Positions 1-10,071 of a stretch of DNA of 64,000 nucleotides are shown here, piece after piece. The translations under genes were made by a program, and so were the position numbers. The stretch's first letter is position 1. Every line of letters starts with the position of its first letter. This DNA comes from Candidatus Latescibacterota bacterium (GTDB lineage Bacteria; Krumholzibacteriota; Krumholzibacteriia; WVZY01; JAKEHA01). The notes under the pieces are model-generated. The model was given only the letters and a program-made list of their open reading frames with translations, ran no database searches and was not told the origin of the DNA. The stretch lies in NCBI GenBank assembly GCA_963707635.1, contig OY970173.1, positions 384,001 to 448,000 on the forward strand, read 5' to 3'.

Positions 1-55
1 GAATGTAGCACCCTGAACGGTTACTCGCAAGCATTTGAAGCGCAGAACAGTCTGT

Positions 56-150
56 GGCGACGCATCAGGGGTCGGAGCGCGAATCGCGAGGCGCGCTTTC
101 AACCATTGCGCGCGAAGCGCCTGAGCGCGGAGCGCCCCTGATGCGGCGCC
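56..150 (+). repeat. Structured intergenic repeat, copy A
   Basis: Closing stem CGCATCAGGGG (61-71)/CCCCTGATGCG (135-145) encloses core GCGCGC-TTTCAACCATT-GCGCGC; core homologous to five other copies. Confidence 0.85.
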
Positions 151-169
151 AAGCACATACGGAGAACCC

Positions 170-958
170 ATGCACTGGCTCACCGATCCACAAATCTGGC
201 TGTCGCTGACGACGCTGACCGCGCTCGAGATCGTCCTCGGCATCGACAACATCATCTTCATCGCCATTCTTTCGGCCAAGCTCCCGGCCCACCAGCAGAA
301 CCGAGCGCGGCTCACGGGCCTGGCCATCGCGATGGTGACCCGGGTGCTGCTGCTGCTCTCGCTCACCTGGATGATGAAGCTGACCGCGCCGCTGTTCGGC
401 ATTTTCGGCACCGAAATCTCGGGCCGGGACCTGATCATGATCGCGGGCGGGTTGTTCCTGATCGCCAAGAGCACGCTCGAGATCCATGAAAAGCTGGAAG
501 GCCATCACGAGGAGCGCAGCGTCGCGAAGGCGCGCGCCGTGTTCGGCATGGTCATTATTCAGATCGTGCTGCTCGACATCGTCTTCTCGCTGGACTCGGT
601 CATCACCGCCATCGGCATGTCGAACCACCTCGGGGTGATGGTGGCCGCCGTGATCATCGCGGTCGTCTTCATGATGGGGTTCGCAAGATCGATCAGCCAG
701 TTCGTCGACCGCCACCCGACCATCCGCATGCTCGCGTTGAGCTTCCTGCTCCTGATCGGCGTGTCGCTGGTGGGCGAGGGGCTCGAGTTTCACATCCCGA
801 AGGGATATATCTACTTCGCGATGGCCTTCTCGGTCCTGGTGGAGATGCTGAATCTGCGGCTGCGCAAGGCGACCGAGCCCGTCTCGCTGCACGGACCCAT
901 CGAGGACATGAGGAAATCACAATCGGCGGACCGGATGGAGCCCGCCGGCGACGCCTAG
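170..958 (+). CDS. TerC family integral membrane protein
   Basis: LEIVLGIDNIIFI and DIVFSLDSVITA motifs, multiple TM helices, SD GGAG. Confidence 0.93.
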   Translation: MHWLTDPQIWLSLTTLTALEIVLGIDNIIFIAILSAKLPAHQQNRARLTGLAIAMVTRVLLLLSLTWMMKLTAPLFGIFGTEISGRDLIMIAGGLFLIAKSTLEIHEKLEGHHEERSVAKARAVFGMVIIQIVLLDIVFSLDSVITAIGMSNHLGVMVAAVIIAVVFMMGFARSISQFVDRHPTIRMLALSFLLLIGVSLVGEGLEFHIPKGYIYFAMAFSVLVEMLNLRLRKATEPVSLHGPIEDMRKSQSADRMEPAGDA

Positions 959-967
959 CGCGCGCGA

Positions 968-1201
968 CTAGCGCCGGACCGGCGGGATCGGCTCGTCATC
1001 CGTATTCTTGCGGCGCGGGAATTTTGCGACCAGGACACCGGTCAGGAACCCGATCGCGAGCACGATGACGACCAGCAGGAGCTGCGACACCTGGTACGAC
1101 CAGTTCAAGAACTTGAACGTCGTCGGCTGCGCGTTCTGGATCATGATGATGATCACCAGCACCAGAAACACGACCAAGAGCACCTGTTTGACGGCTTTCA
1201 T
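968..1201 (-). CDS. LapA (lipopolysaccharide assembly protein A)-domain small membrane protein
   Basis: MKAVKQVLL...IQN...F.FLNW pattern with two TM helices; SD GGAGG upstream of ATG 1201. Confidence 0.75.
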   Translation of the reverse strand: MKAVKQVLLVVFLVLVIIIMIQNAQPTTFKFLNWSYQVSQLLLVVIVLAIGFLTGVLVAKFPRRKNTDDEPIPPVRR

Positions 1202-1220
1202 CTCAGCCTCCGTGTGAACG

Positions 1221-1904
1221 CTAAAGAATCGTGTCCGGCCCGATGAGCCCGCCGGAGAGGATGCACTGCATGGCTTCCTCGACCGTCCAGCCCGGATCGC
1301 GCACGTCGGATTCCTTGACAAAGTAGACAAAACCGGACGCCGGGTTGGGCGGAGTCGGCACGTACACCTTGACCAGCACTTCCCCGCTTCCCTTCTCCGT
1401 CACGCTTCCGGTGGCGAACCCGACCTGCCACATCCCCCTCGCCGTGTATGGCACCAGCACCGGGCGCCGGAAAATCTGTTTCTCGGGCAGCGAAAGCGTC
1501 CCCGAGAGCTGCTTGCCGAGCCGGTACGCGGTGCCGATGATCGGAATCCGCTCGGTCAGGCGCGCGAAGCCTGCGAGAAGCTGCCGGCCGAAGACGTTGC
1601 TCGCGATCAGCCCGACCAGATAGAGCGTCACCAGCAGGAGGACGATCCCCAGCCCCGGGAATCGGATATGGAACGTCCGGTCGACGAGGACGATCAGGCG
1701 GCGGTCGATGAAATCATAGAGCAGGTAGATCGCAAAGACAGGAATCGCGATCGGAATCAGCGCGATCGTCCCGCGTATAACGAACCTGCGGATGTGGGCG
1801 ACGAGACCGCGTGCACCGCGCGCGAACGTCGGGGTCAGGCTTTCCTTGCGCTTTTCGTCTTTGGTCGCCTTCGACGTCTTGGTTTTCTTTCGTGTCCCGG
1901 GCAT
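1221..1904 (-). CDS. DUF502 family membrane protein
   Basis: Two TM helices, RIPIIGTAY and VYVPTPPNPASGF motifs. Confidence 0.9.
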   Translation of the reverse strand: MPGTRKKTKTSKATKDEKRKESLTPTFARGARGLVAHIRRFVIRGTIALIPIAIPVFAIYLLYDFIDRRLIVLVDRTFHIRFPGLGIVLLLVTLYLVGLIASNVFGRQLLAGFARLTERIPIIGTAYRLGKQLSGTLSLPEKQIFRRPVLVPYTARGMWQVGFATGSVTEKGSGEVLVKVYVPTPPNPASGFVYFVKESDVRDPGWTVEEAMQCILSGGLIGPDTIL

Positions 1905-1954
1905 CGACCGCGACTCTATCAGAATTGCACCGGAAGTGCTAAGGTCTTATTCCT

Positions 1955-2887
1955 ATGTCGCTTATCTGGCAGTGGGTATTCTTCCACGTCTTCATCGGAC
2001 TCGCGCTGTGGATCGATCTCGGTGTCGTCCACAAGCATCCCGAGCGCGTCACCGCGAAGAAGGCCCTCACATGGAGCGCGGTGTGGGTGTCGCTGGCGCT
2101 GCTCTTCTGCGCCGGGATCTACTACGTCGACGGACAGCACAAGGCAGTTCTGTTTCTGACCGGGTATCTGGTCGAGCAGTCGCTGTCCGTCGACAACCTG
2201 TTCGTCTTCTACGTCATTTTCCAGTACTTCAAGACGCCGAAGAAGTTCGAGCACCGGATTCTGTTCTGGGGAATCATCGCCGCGCTGATCATGCGGCTCG
2301 GGTTCATCCTGGCGGGCGTGGCGCTGCTCGAGCGCTGGCACTGGCTCACCTACCTGCTGGGCGCGTTTCTCGTCTACACCGCGGTGAAACTCGCGGTTTC
2401 CAAAGAGCACGAGGTCCATCCGGAGAAGAACCCACTCTTCCGGTGGCTCAAGCCGTTCATGTCGGGTCACTCGTACGATTCGGGCGCCTTCTTCGTGCGG
2501 CGCGGCAATCGCTGGCTGATCACGCCCGCCATGGTCGTGCTGCTGGTGATCGACTGGACCGACCTCATGTTTGCGCTCGATTCGATCCCGGCCGTCCTCG
2601 GCATCACCACCGACCCGTTCATCGTCTATACCTCGAACGCGATGGCGATCCTGGGGCTGCGCTCGTGGTACTCGGCTCTCGGCAAGCTCATCGTGACCTT
2701 CCACCACTTGAGCCACGGGCTGGCGGTGATCCTCGCCTTCGTCGGCGTCAAGATGATCATCGCGGAGTGGTACACGATCCCGGTCTACTGGGCGTTGGGC
2801 GTCGTCGTGGCGGTGCTCGCCACCACCATCGTTTCGTCGATCTGGTCGAGGAAGAACAGCGAGCGGAAGGCGAGGTCGAGCGGCTAG
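1955..2887 (+). CDS. TerC/Alx family membrane protein
   Basis: GYLVEQSLSVDNLFVF, DLMFALDSIPAV and FIVYTSN motifs. Confidence 0.93.
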   Translation: MSLIWQWVFFHVFIGLALWIDLGVVHKHPERVTAKKALTWSAVWVSLALLFCAGIYYVDGQHKAVLFLTGYLVEQSLSVDNLFVFYVIFQYFKTPKKFEHRILFWGIIAALIMRLGFILAGVALLERWHWLTYLLGAFLVYTAVKLAVSKEHEVHPEKNPLFRWLKPFMSGHSYDSGAFFVRRGNRWLITPAMVVLLVIDWTDLMFALDSIPAVLGITTDPFIVYTSNAMAILGLRSWYSALGKLIVTFHHLSHGLAVILAFVGVKMIIAEWYTIPVYWALGVVVAVLATTIVSSIWSRKNSERKARSSG

Positions 2888-3990
2888 AGCCGCTTGAGTT
2901 TCAGAAACAGATCCGCGAGCGCGCCGTCGATGTTGGCGTTGGCGTGAAAGACCTGGCCACGGATCTCGCTCACCAGCTCGATCGCCGCCGGGAGCTTCGG
3001 GCGCCCGTAGGCGGCGGCAATGCGCTCGATGTCGCTGCCGACGTCCGCGTTCACCCGCAACGATTCTCCCACCATCGCGTCGCGCAGGATCACCGACATC
3101 TCGTTCAACACGCGCGCGACGGCCTCACGATTCGCCCCGCGCGCGCCGACCAGCGCCTGCCCCAGCGCCCACGCCTCCGACTCCTTGCGCAACCCCGCGA
3201 CAATGGCGAGCGCCGCGTCGCGGTCGGCCAGGTCGGTCGAATCCAGCAGCGCGCGGGCGCGCGTGATGGATCCTTGCGCCATCGCCGCGCTTCGCTTCGC
3301 GGTGGGCGCGTCCGCCTCGTAGTAGCCGGTGAGGATGCGCTCCAGCACCGCGCGCTTGAGCGGAAAGAAGCGCACGCGCTGGCAGCGCGAGCGGATCGTG
3401 TAGAGCAGGCTATCTGGATTCGACGTGACGAAGACGATCGCCACGTGCGCGGGCGGCTCTTCCACCAGCTTCAGCAGCGCGTTCTGCGCTTCTTCGCGCA
3501 TCGCGTGCGCGTCGACGAAAATGAACACATGGTAGCGCGCGTCGAATGGCTTGGTGTTGGCGCGCTGGATCACGGCGCGCGCGCGCGCGATGCGAATCGA
3601 TGTCTTCTTGCTGAACGTGGGCGACGAGAAGATGTCCGCGCGCTTTTCTTCGAGGATCTTTGAGATGTCGGCGATGTCGCCCTCTTCGTCCTCGCCGGAG
3701 CCCTGCGTGGGCGTGGGATAGATCAAATGGATGCCGGGGTGTTCCAGCATCGACGCGTGCAGGCACGAGGGGCATTTCGCCCCATCGAGGCTGCAGGTTT
3801 TCTCCCGCTCGCACTGAAGTGCGCGCGCGAACTCGATCGCGGCGAACTCGGTTCCGCTTCCCTCGGGACCGGTGAACAACAACGGCGGGATGCTCCCGCG
3901 CCGGAGCGAACCCAGGTAGGCGCGCGCCTGCGGCTGCTCGAGGTCGAGGGCCGGGAGGGGTCGGGGTGCGTCGGGAGTGCGGGCGGGCAT
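2884..3990 (-). CDS. holB: DNA polymerase III subunit delta'
   Basis: LLFTGPEGSG degenerate Walker A, four-Cys Zn module, AQNALLKLVEEPP, TIRSRC; ATG 3990 preceded by TATACT. Confidence 0.88.
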   Translation of the reverse strand: MPARTPDAPRPLPALDLEQPQARAYLGSLRRGSIPPLLFTGPEGSGTEFAAIEFARALQCEREKTCSLDGAKCPSCLHASMLEHPGIHLIYPTPTQGSGEDEEGDIADISKILEEKRADIFSSPTFSKKTSIRIARARAVIQRANTKPFDARYHVFIFVDAHAMREEAQNALLKLVEEPPAHVAIVFVTSNPDSLLYTIRSRCQRVRFFPLKRAVLERILTGYYEADAPTAKRSAAMAQGSITRARALLDSTDLADRDAALAIVAGLRKESEAWALGQALVGARGANREAVARVLNEMSVILRDAMVGESLRVNADVGSDIERIAAAYGRPKLPAAIELVSEIRGQVFHANANIDGALADLFLKLKRL

Positions 3991-4027
3991 GCAGAGAGTA
4001 TAACGCACGCGGCGGTCGATTGCCGCT

Positions 4028-5201
4028 CTACAGACTCCGCTTCTTCCCCAGCCACCCGGTCGGATCGAGCGCCCGTCGTGCCTTGGCGGACTTCGAAGTG
4101 GCAGACGTAGCCTTCCAGCGATCCCGTGTCGCCGACCTCGGCGATGGCCTGGCCGCGCCCGATTTTCTGTCCCTGCGTCACCATCGTGGAGGCGACGTGC
4201 GCGTAGAGGGTGTAGTACCCGCCGCCGTGATTCAGGATGACGCACTTGCCGAACGCGTCGATCCAGTCGACGAACTCGACCACGCCCGCCGCGACAGCGA
4301 CGATGGGCGCGCCGGCCGTCGCCTGGATATCGAGACCGTTGTTCATGGTGACGGTGCCGTACTTCGGGTGCGTGTGCTTGCCGAAGCCGCGGATCACCTT
4401 GCCGGCTACGGGCCACAAGAGCCGCCCCTTCATCCCGGCGAATTCACCGCTGGGGGGAAGGTCCTTGTCGTTGGCGCCGCCGCGCGCAATGTCGTCGAGA
4501 ATCGCCTGCACGCGCGCCTGGGCTTCCTCCAACTCTTCGATGGCCTGGACGTGCTTGCTCTTTTCGCTTCGAATCTGGGTCAGCGTGGTCTTGCGCCGCT
4601 GCTTCGCATCCTCGAGCCGCTCGTTTTCGGATTCGCGATCGGCGCGAACCTCGGCAATGGTCTGGAGGGCTTCGTTGAGCCGTGACGACTCGGTCTCCAG
4701 CTGCCGCTTGCTCTCGGTCACTTCGCCGATCAGCTTCGCGTCCTGCTCCGCGATGACGCGCATGAACTGGTAGCGCGTGACGGCGTCTTCGACGCTCTTC
4801 GCGCCCAGAACGACCTCCCAGCGATAGCGCGGGTCCTGCTTGTACATGGTGCGGACGCGCCGCGCCAGGGCCTCCTCCTGTTGCGACAGTGTCGCCTCGC
4901 GCCCGCCGATCTGGACCAGGAGCTCGCCGACGCGCCGGTCGACCGCGTTCTCCTGTTCGCCGAGCTTGCGCAGGTACTGCTTCTGCAGTTCGATCTCGCG
5001 GTCGAGGCGCTGGAGGTTCTTGAGCGTTTGCTGTTCCTGCGACGAAAGCTTCTTCGACTCGTCGCGGTGGCTCTGGATCTCGTTACGAATGCGCTCGAGC
5101 TCCCTCTGCTGCTCGGTGATGTCGTCCTGCGCGAGGGCCGCCGTCCCCGCGATGCACGCGAGTGTCAGCGCGAACGAGACGGCGCGGCGAACGGTCGTCA
5201 T
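4028..5201 (-). CDS. envC: Murein hydrolase activator EnvC (coiled coil + degenerate M23 domain); apparent 1-nt frameshift near 3' end
   Basis: Signal peptide, long coiled coil, WPVAG/GLDI/YTLYAH/HFEVR; follows ftsEX; expected tail ALDPTGWL is out of frame and ends at TAG 4028-4030. Confidence 0.85.
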
Positions 5202-6070
5202 GGCTGGGTCTGGAGGATCTTCCGCAGCGCGACGAAGCTGCCCAGCGAGCCGATCAGCACGCAGATCAGCAGGTACAGGAGCGATTTCTCGGTCGAGAAA
5301 AAGGTGATGTCGGGGATGGCGTTGCTGGTGGCCTCCGTGACGACGCGCAGGAGCACGAGCGAGAGGACGGCGGCGACGCCGCCCTGGAAGGCCCCTTCGA
5401 TCACGAACGGCGCCACGATGTACGGGTCGGTGGCGCCGACCAGCTTCAGGATCTCGATGGTCTTGCGGCGGCTGATGACGGTCAGGCGCACCGCATTGGC
5501 GATGATGAACACCGCGGAGAGAATGACGATGAATCCGACCACGCCGTCGATGTAGTAGATGCCGCGCACGATCGACTGGAACTTGTCGATGAACTCCTTG
5601 CCGTAACGAACCTCCTCGACCCCGCTCATGGCCTGGATGCGCGCGGACAGGGCGACCATTGCGTCGCGGTTCTTGAATTCCGGCTTCGGCTCGACGTGGA
5701 ACGAATTGGGCAGCGGATTGGCGCGCAGCGCGTTGAGCATGTCGGCGCCATCGCCGAGCTGGTCGCGAAAATCCTCGAGCGCCTGATCCTTGGAGACGAA
5801 GTTCACGCTCTGCACTTCGTCCTGCTCGAGGATGGTCTGGTAGAGGCCTTCGATCGCGCCCTGGCCGGTGCGATCCTCGAGGTACACGTAGATCTTCATC
5901 TCCTCCTGCGCCTCCCCGACGACCTTCAGGATGTTGTCGGTGGCGAGGAGAAACACGGCCAGCATCAGGAGCGACAGGCTCATGATGATGATCGAAATCG
6001 ACGTCAGCCCCTTGTGGCGCCGCAGCGTGCGCACGGCTTCGTCGACGATATAGTAGATACGCCGCCACAT
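5198..6070 (-). CDS. ftsX: Cell division permease-like protein FtsX
   Basis: NPLPNSF, IEILKLVGAT, PFVIEG motifs; downstream of ftsE. Confidence 0.93.
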   Translation of the reverse strand: MWRRIYYIVDEAVRTLRRHKGLTSISIIIMSLSLLMLAVFLLATDNILKVVGEAQEEMKIYVYLEDRTGQGAIEGLYQTILEQDEVQSVNFVSKDQALEDFRDQLGDGADMLNALRANPLPNSFHVEPKPEFKNRDAMVALSARIQAMSGVEEVRYGKEFIDKFQSIVRGIYYIDGVVGFIVILSAVFIIANAVRLTVISRRKTIEILKLVGATDPYIVAPFVIEGAFQGGVAAVLSLVLLRVVTEATSNAIPDITFFSTEKSLLYLLICVLIGSLGSFVALRKILQTQP

Positions 6071-6073
6071 CGC

Positions 6074-6889
<816 letters not shown>

Positions 6890-6892
6890 GGC

Positions 6893-8029
6893 CTACCGGG
6901 TTCTGCGCGCACGTTTCGGCGCGCCGGATACGACAAGGGCCTCCGCCAGTTTGTACGCCTCGAGGAGCGAGTCCGGTTCTGCGATGCCCCGGCCGGCGAT
7001 ATCGTAGGCGGTGCCGTGATCGACCGACGTGCGCGGGGTCGGAAGTCCGATGGTCACGTTTACGCCGCGTCGCTGCGCCAGCATCTTGAACGGGATCAGC
7101 CCCTGGTCGTGATACATCGTGATGTACGCGTCACTGTACGGCGCGCGCTTTGGCGCGCGACGGGTGGTTCTCGCCAGCCGCGCGCCTCTTTCCACGCGGG
7201 TCCTGCCGGGCAAACGCTCCGGCGCGTTCGCCGCCGCGGGCGCGGACTGGAACATGGCATCGGCCGGGTACGGACCGCTCACGTCGATTCCTTCCGAACG
7301 CAGCCGCTCGATCACGGGGCGGATCACATCGCGGTCTTCGGTGCCGATGACGCCGTCCTCGCCCGCGTGCGGGTTGAGCCCCGCGACCGCGATGCGCGGG
7401 CGTGCGATCCGAAACGTCGAGCGAAGCGCGTCGTGGGTGACCCGAATACAGATTGTCAGCCGGTCCGCGGTCAGGTACCCGGCCACGCGCGCGAGGGGCA
7501 CGTGGCGCGTGAAGGGAATCACCCGCAAGTCGCGTCGCGCCATCATCATCTGGCAGTCGGGCGCATTCAAGTAATGGGCCAACATCTCGGTGTGCCCGGG
7601 GAAGTCGAAGTGCGCCAGATTCAATGACTTCTTGGACGCGGGCGGGGTCACGATCGCGGCCACTGCACGAATTCTGGCCAGCTCGCACGCCCACCGGATC
7701 GAGGTGCCCGCGTGGAGCCCGCCGCCCGCGCTGTCCTGCCCGATCGGGTACTCCGCATCAACGCCCGTATCCATCAGAAGCAGAGCCGGGCGGGCGCTCC
7801 CACGCCTGCGCGAGTGTCGAACCGCCTCGCGCGCCTCGTCAATTGAATTGACCACGGGCGGAGTGAACCGAAAACGGCGCCGCCACCGTAGAAACAGATC
7901 GGGCGCGCCGACCACCAGCGCGATCGAACGTTCCGGCCGGTGGCGCCCGAACAACCTCGCGACGATTTCGGGGCCGATCCCCCCGGGCTCGCCGGAGGTC
8001 ACCGCGATGAAAGGCAGCGAGGTGCGCAA
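6893..8029 (-). CDS. pdxA: 4-hydroxythreonine-4-phosphate dehydrogenase PdxA
   Basis: GEPGGIGPE, FPGHTE, GLNPHAGE, MYHDQG, RTSVDHGTAYDIAG; TTG start at 8029 is an estimate. Confidence 0.92.
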   Translation of the reverse strand: MRTSLPFIAVTSGEPGGIGPEIVARLFGRHRPERSIALVVGAPDLFLRWRRRFRFTPPVVNSIDEAREAVRHSRRRGSARPALLLMDTGVDAEYPIGQDSAGGGLHAGTSIRWACELARIRAVAAIVTPPASKKSLNLAHFDFPGHTEMLAHYLNAPDCQMMMARRDLRVIPFTRHVPLARVAGYLTADRLTICIRVTHDALRSTFRIARPRIAVAGLNPHAGEDGVIGTEDRDVIRPVIERLRSEGIDVSGPYPADAMFQSAPAAANAPERLPGRTRVERGARLARTTRRAPKRAPYSDAYITMYHDQGLIPFKMLAQRRGVNVTIGLPTPRTSVDHGTAYDIAGRGIAEPDSLLEAYKLAEALVVSGAPKRARRTR

Positions 8030-8057
8030 GAGCGACGAGCCCGTGGTTGCGGCGAGC

Positions 8058-8492
8058 CTACGGGGCGGCCTGATACGTGAAGCTGGCCCCGCCGATTTTG
8101 GCGCCCGTGTCGTCCAGGACGTCGACACTCCAGCTCCCGGTCGCGTTCCCGGCCAGCGTCTTGGTCGAGTGGCACCGCCAGCGCGCGGCGCCGACCGAAA
8201 TCGGCACCTCGGCGACGGTCTGGCCGTCGTGGATCCAACGGTGTGTCACCGTTCTGCCTTCCATTCCGGCGATCTCGGTGAAGAAATAGACCTTCTCGGC
8301 CGGGGTGGTAAGGGTCCTGAACTCGTCGATCGGCTCGCGCCCGGCGAACCCGCTGCAGAAGACGGCCCGCCTTACATTGTCGGTCGGCACGCTGACCGCC
8401 GGAGCGGCCGCGGTCGAGTCGGTCGGCGCCTGGGCCGCTGCCGTGGCGGCAATCGCCAGGACCGCGCTCACCAGGATTACGATTCGCTTCAT
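8058..8492 (-). CDS. Secreted DUF2914-domain protein
   Basis: Signal peptide, REP, VYFFTEI, VTHRWIH, RWRCHSTK, GSWSVDV; SD AGGAGG. Confidence 0.8.
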   Translation of the reverse strand: MKRIVILVSAVLAIAATAAAQAPTDSTAAAPAVSVPTDNVRRAVFCSGFAGREPIDEFRTLTTPAEKVYFFTEIAGMEGRTVTHRWIHDGQTVAEVPISVGAARWRCHSTKTLAGNATGSWSVDVLDDTGAKIGGASFTYQAAP

Positions 8493-8608
8493 GACATTCA
8501 ACCTCCTATGATGGCCCTTTCCCGCGTATCGTCGCGCCGCGGCTGGATTTCTTCAATGGCAATTTCACCGTCCGTTCCCGAACCAGGAGACATTTCCAGG
8601 AGATCTCT

Positions 8609-9622
8609 ATGACGAACCTCGTGCTGTCGCTCGCCCTCGCCCTCGCTGCCCAGACCACGGCTGAGCCCGCCGCCCCTACCGCGGTCGAGCGGCTGAAGAA
8701 GGACGCCGCCGCGATGAGCGGCCTGGTGGAGTCGCCGCTGGCGAAGTCATTCCTCGCCGGCGTCGAGTGCCTGCCGTCGATCCCGGCGGCTCGCGTCGTG
8801 TACTACAACAAGGAGACGCGCGACGCGCTCACCGACGCCGCCGCGAGTGCCATGACGGACTCGCAGCTGGCCGGTTACGCGAAGCGCGACATCGACGAGG
8901 AGTTCTACTACTTCACGCGCTACGGCTCGCCGGTCGCGTTCGTGCGGCCGCTGGAGATTCTCGGTCGCGCCGGGGTGAAGAAGGCTGACGGTTTGAAGCT
9001 GGCGGACTTCGGCTTCGGGTCGATCGGGCAGCTGCGCGTGCTGGCCAGTCTGGGGGCCGATGCGGTGGGAATCGACGTCGACGCGCTCCTCAAGGCGGCG
9101 TATTCACAGGAGGGAGACACGGGCAAGATCGCGCACTGCGCGGCGGCGGGAAAGGGCAAGGCCGGCGCCGCCCGAACGGTGTTCGGATTCTTTCCCTCCG
9201 ACGCGGCCATCGTCGCGGACGTGGGCCGCGGTTACGACGTCTTCGTGTCCAAGAACACGCTCAAGCGCGGTTACATCCATCCCGAAAAGGAAGTGGATCC
9301 GCGCATGCTCGTCCATCTCAACGTCGAGGACGAAACCTATGTGCGCGCCGTGTTCGAGCTGCTCAAGCCCGGCGGCTATTTCCTGATCTACAACCTCTGT
9401 CCGGCGCCGTCGAAGGAAGGCGAAGCGTACAAGCCCTGGTCGGACGGCCGCTCGCCTTTCGCGATCGATGTCTACGAGCGCGTCGGCTTCGAGGTGATCG
9501 CCTTCGACCAAGACGACTCCGACGCGGCGCGCGCGATGGGAAAGGCGCTGGGCTGGGCGGAGAGCATGGATCTGGAGAAGGACCTGTTCGGGACCTACAC
9601 GCTGGCGCGAAAAGCTAAGTGA
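8609..9622 (+). CDS. Signal-peptide-bearing protein with class I SAM-methyltransferase-like fold
   Basis: N-terminal signal peptide; LADFGFGSIG motif I-like, VGID, YDVFVS, LLKPGGYFLI. Confidence 0.6.
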   Translation: MTNLVLSLALALAAQTTAEPAAPTAVERLKKDAAAMSGLVESPLAKSFLAGVECLPSIPAARVVYYNKETRDALTDAAASAMTDSQLAGYAKRDIDEEFYYFTRYGSPVAFVRPLEILGRAGVKKADGLKLADFGFGSIGQLRVLASLGADAVGIDVDALLKAAYSQEGDTGKIAHCAAAGKGKAGAARTVFGFFPSDAAIVADVGRGYDVFVSKNTLKRGYIHPEKEVDPRMLVHLNVEDETYVRAVFELLKPGGYFLIYNLCPAPSKEGEAYKPWSDGRSPFAIDVYERVGFEVIAFDQDDSDAARAMGKALGWAESMDLEKDLFGTYTLARKAK

Positions 9623-9860
9623 CGACGCGATAGTGACGCGGCGCGTCGGCCTTGCTCATCTGTTTCCCGGGAATTTCGAGGAGTTCGACGGTGATCGAGC
9701 GCTCCGACGCGCGGATGGCGATGACGTCGCCGGCGCGCACGATCGACGCCGCGCGCGCCTCTGCACCGTTGATCCGCACCTCACCGTGGTCGCAGAGCGC
9801 CTTCGCGGCCGAACGGCTCTTCGCGAGGCAGAGGAACTTGAGGACGAGGTCGAGGCGCAT
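9615..9860 (-). CDS. RNA-binding S4 domain protein (Hsp15/YabO-like)
   Basis: MRLDLVLKFLCLAKSRSAAKALCDHGEVRING...VRAGDVI. Confidence 0.88.
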   Translation of the reverse strand: MRLDLVLKFLCLAKSRSAAKALCDHGEVRINGAEARAASIVRAGDVIAIRASERSITVELLEIPGKQMSKADAPRHYRVVT

Positions 9861-9877
9861 TGGTTCTTCCGGGTGCC

Positions 9878-9967
9878 GGTGGTGTGCACTCCCTCCGCCG
9901 CCGTCCTCCCGCGCACAATGTTGATATGCGCGACTGCGGATTAGCGTCCGAGGGAGTGCACACCACC
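9878..9967 (-). repeat. Structured intergenic repeat, copy F (inverted)
   Basis: Perfect 18-bp closing stem GGTGGTGTGCACTCCCTC/GAGGGAGTGCACACCACC; reverse complement differs from copy E at 5 positions over 77 nt. Confidence 0.9.
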
Positions 9968-9979
9968 CCAACGAACAAA

Positions 9980-10070
9980 GGGCGATATATCGGGCGAAGC
10001 GCGATTTCGCGAGTCGCGCGTGTCAACTTGTGCGCGCGAGCGCATGAGCGCGGAGTCCGATATATCGCCC
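9980..10070 (+). repeat. Structured intergenic repeat, copy B
   Basis: Perfect 14-bp closing stem GGGCGATATATCGG/CCGATATATCGCCC enclosing core CGCGCG-TGTCAACTTG-TGCGCG...ATGAGCGCGGA. Confidence 0.85.
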
Positions 10071-10071
10071 G

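Noticed and set aside
170..2887. Tellurite-resistance island inferred from two TerC genes
   Set aside because: No terZABDE genes; stand-alone TerC paralogues are ordinary.
1792..3663. Long alternative-frame or antisense ORFs (e.g. 1792..3663, 5162..6877, 15179..17020, 18561..21101, 23444..25903, 58060..60186)
   Set aside because: Shadow ORFs of GC-rich coding DNA; Arg/Ala/Pro-rich with no motifs and overlapping well-supported genes.
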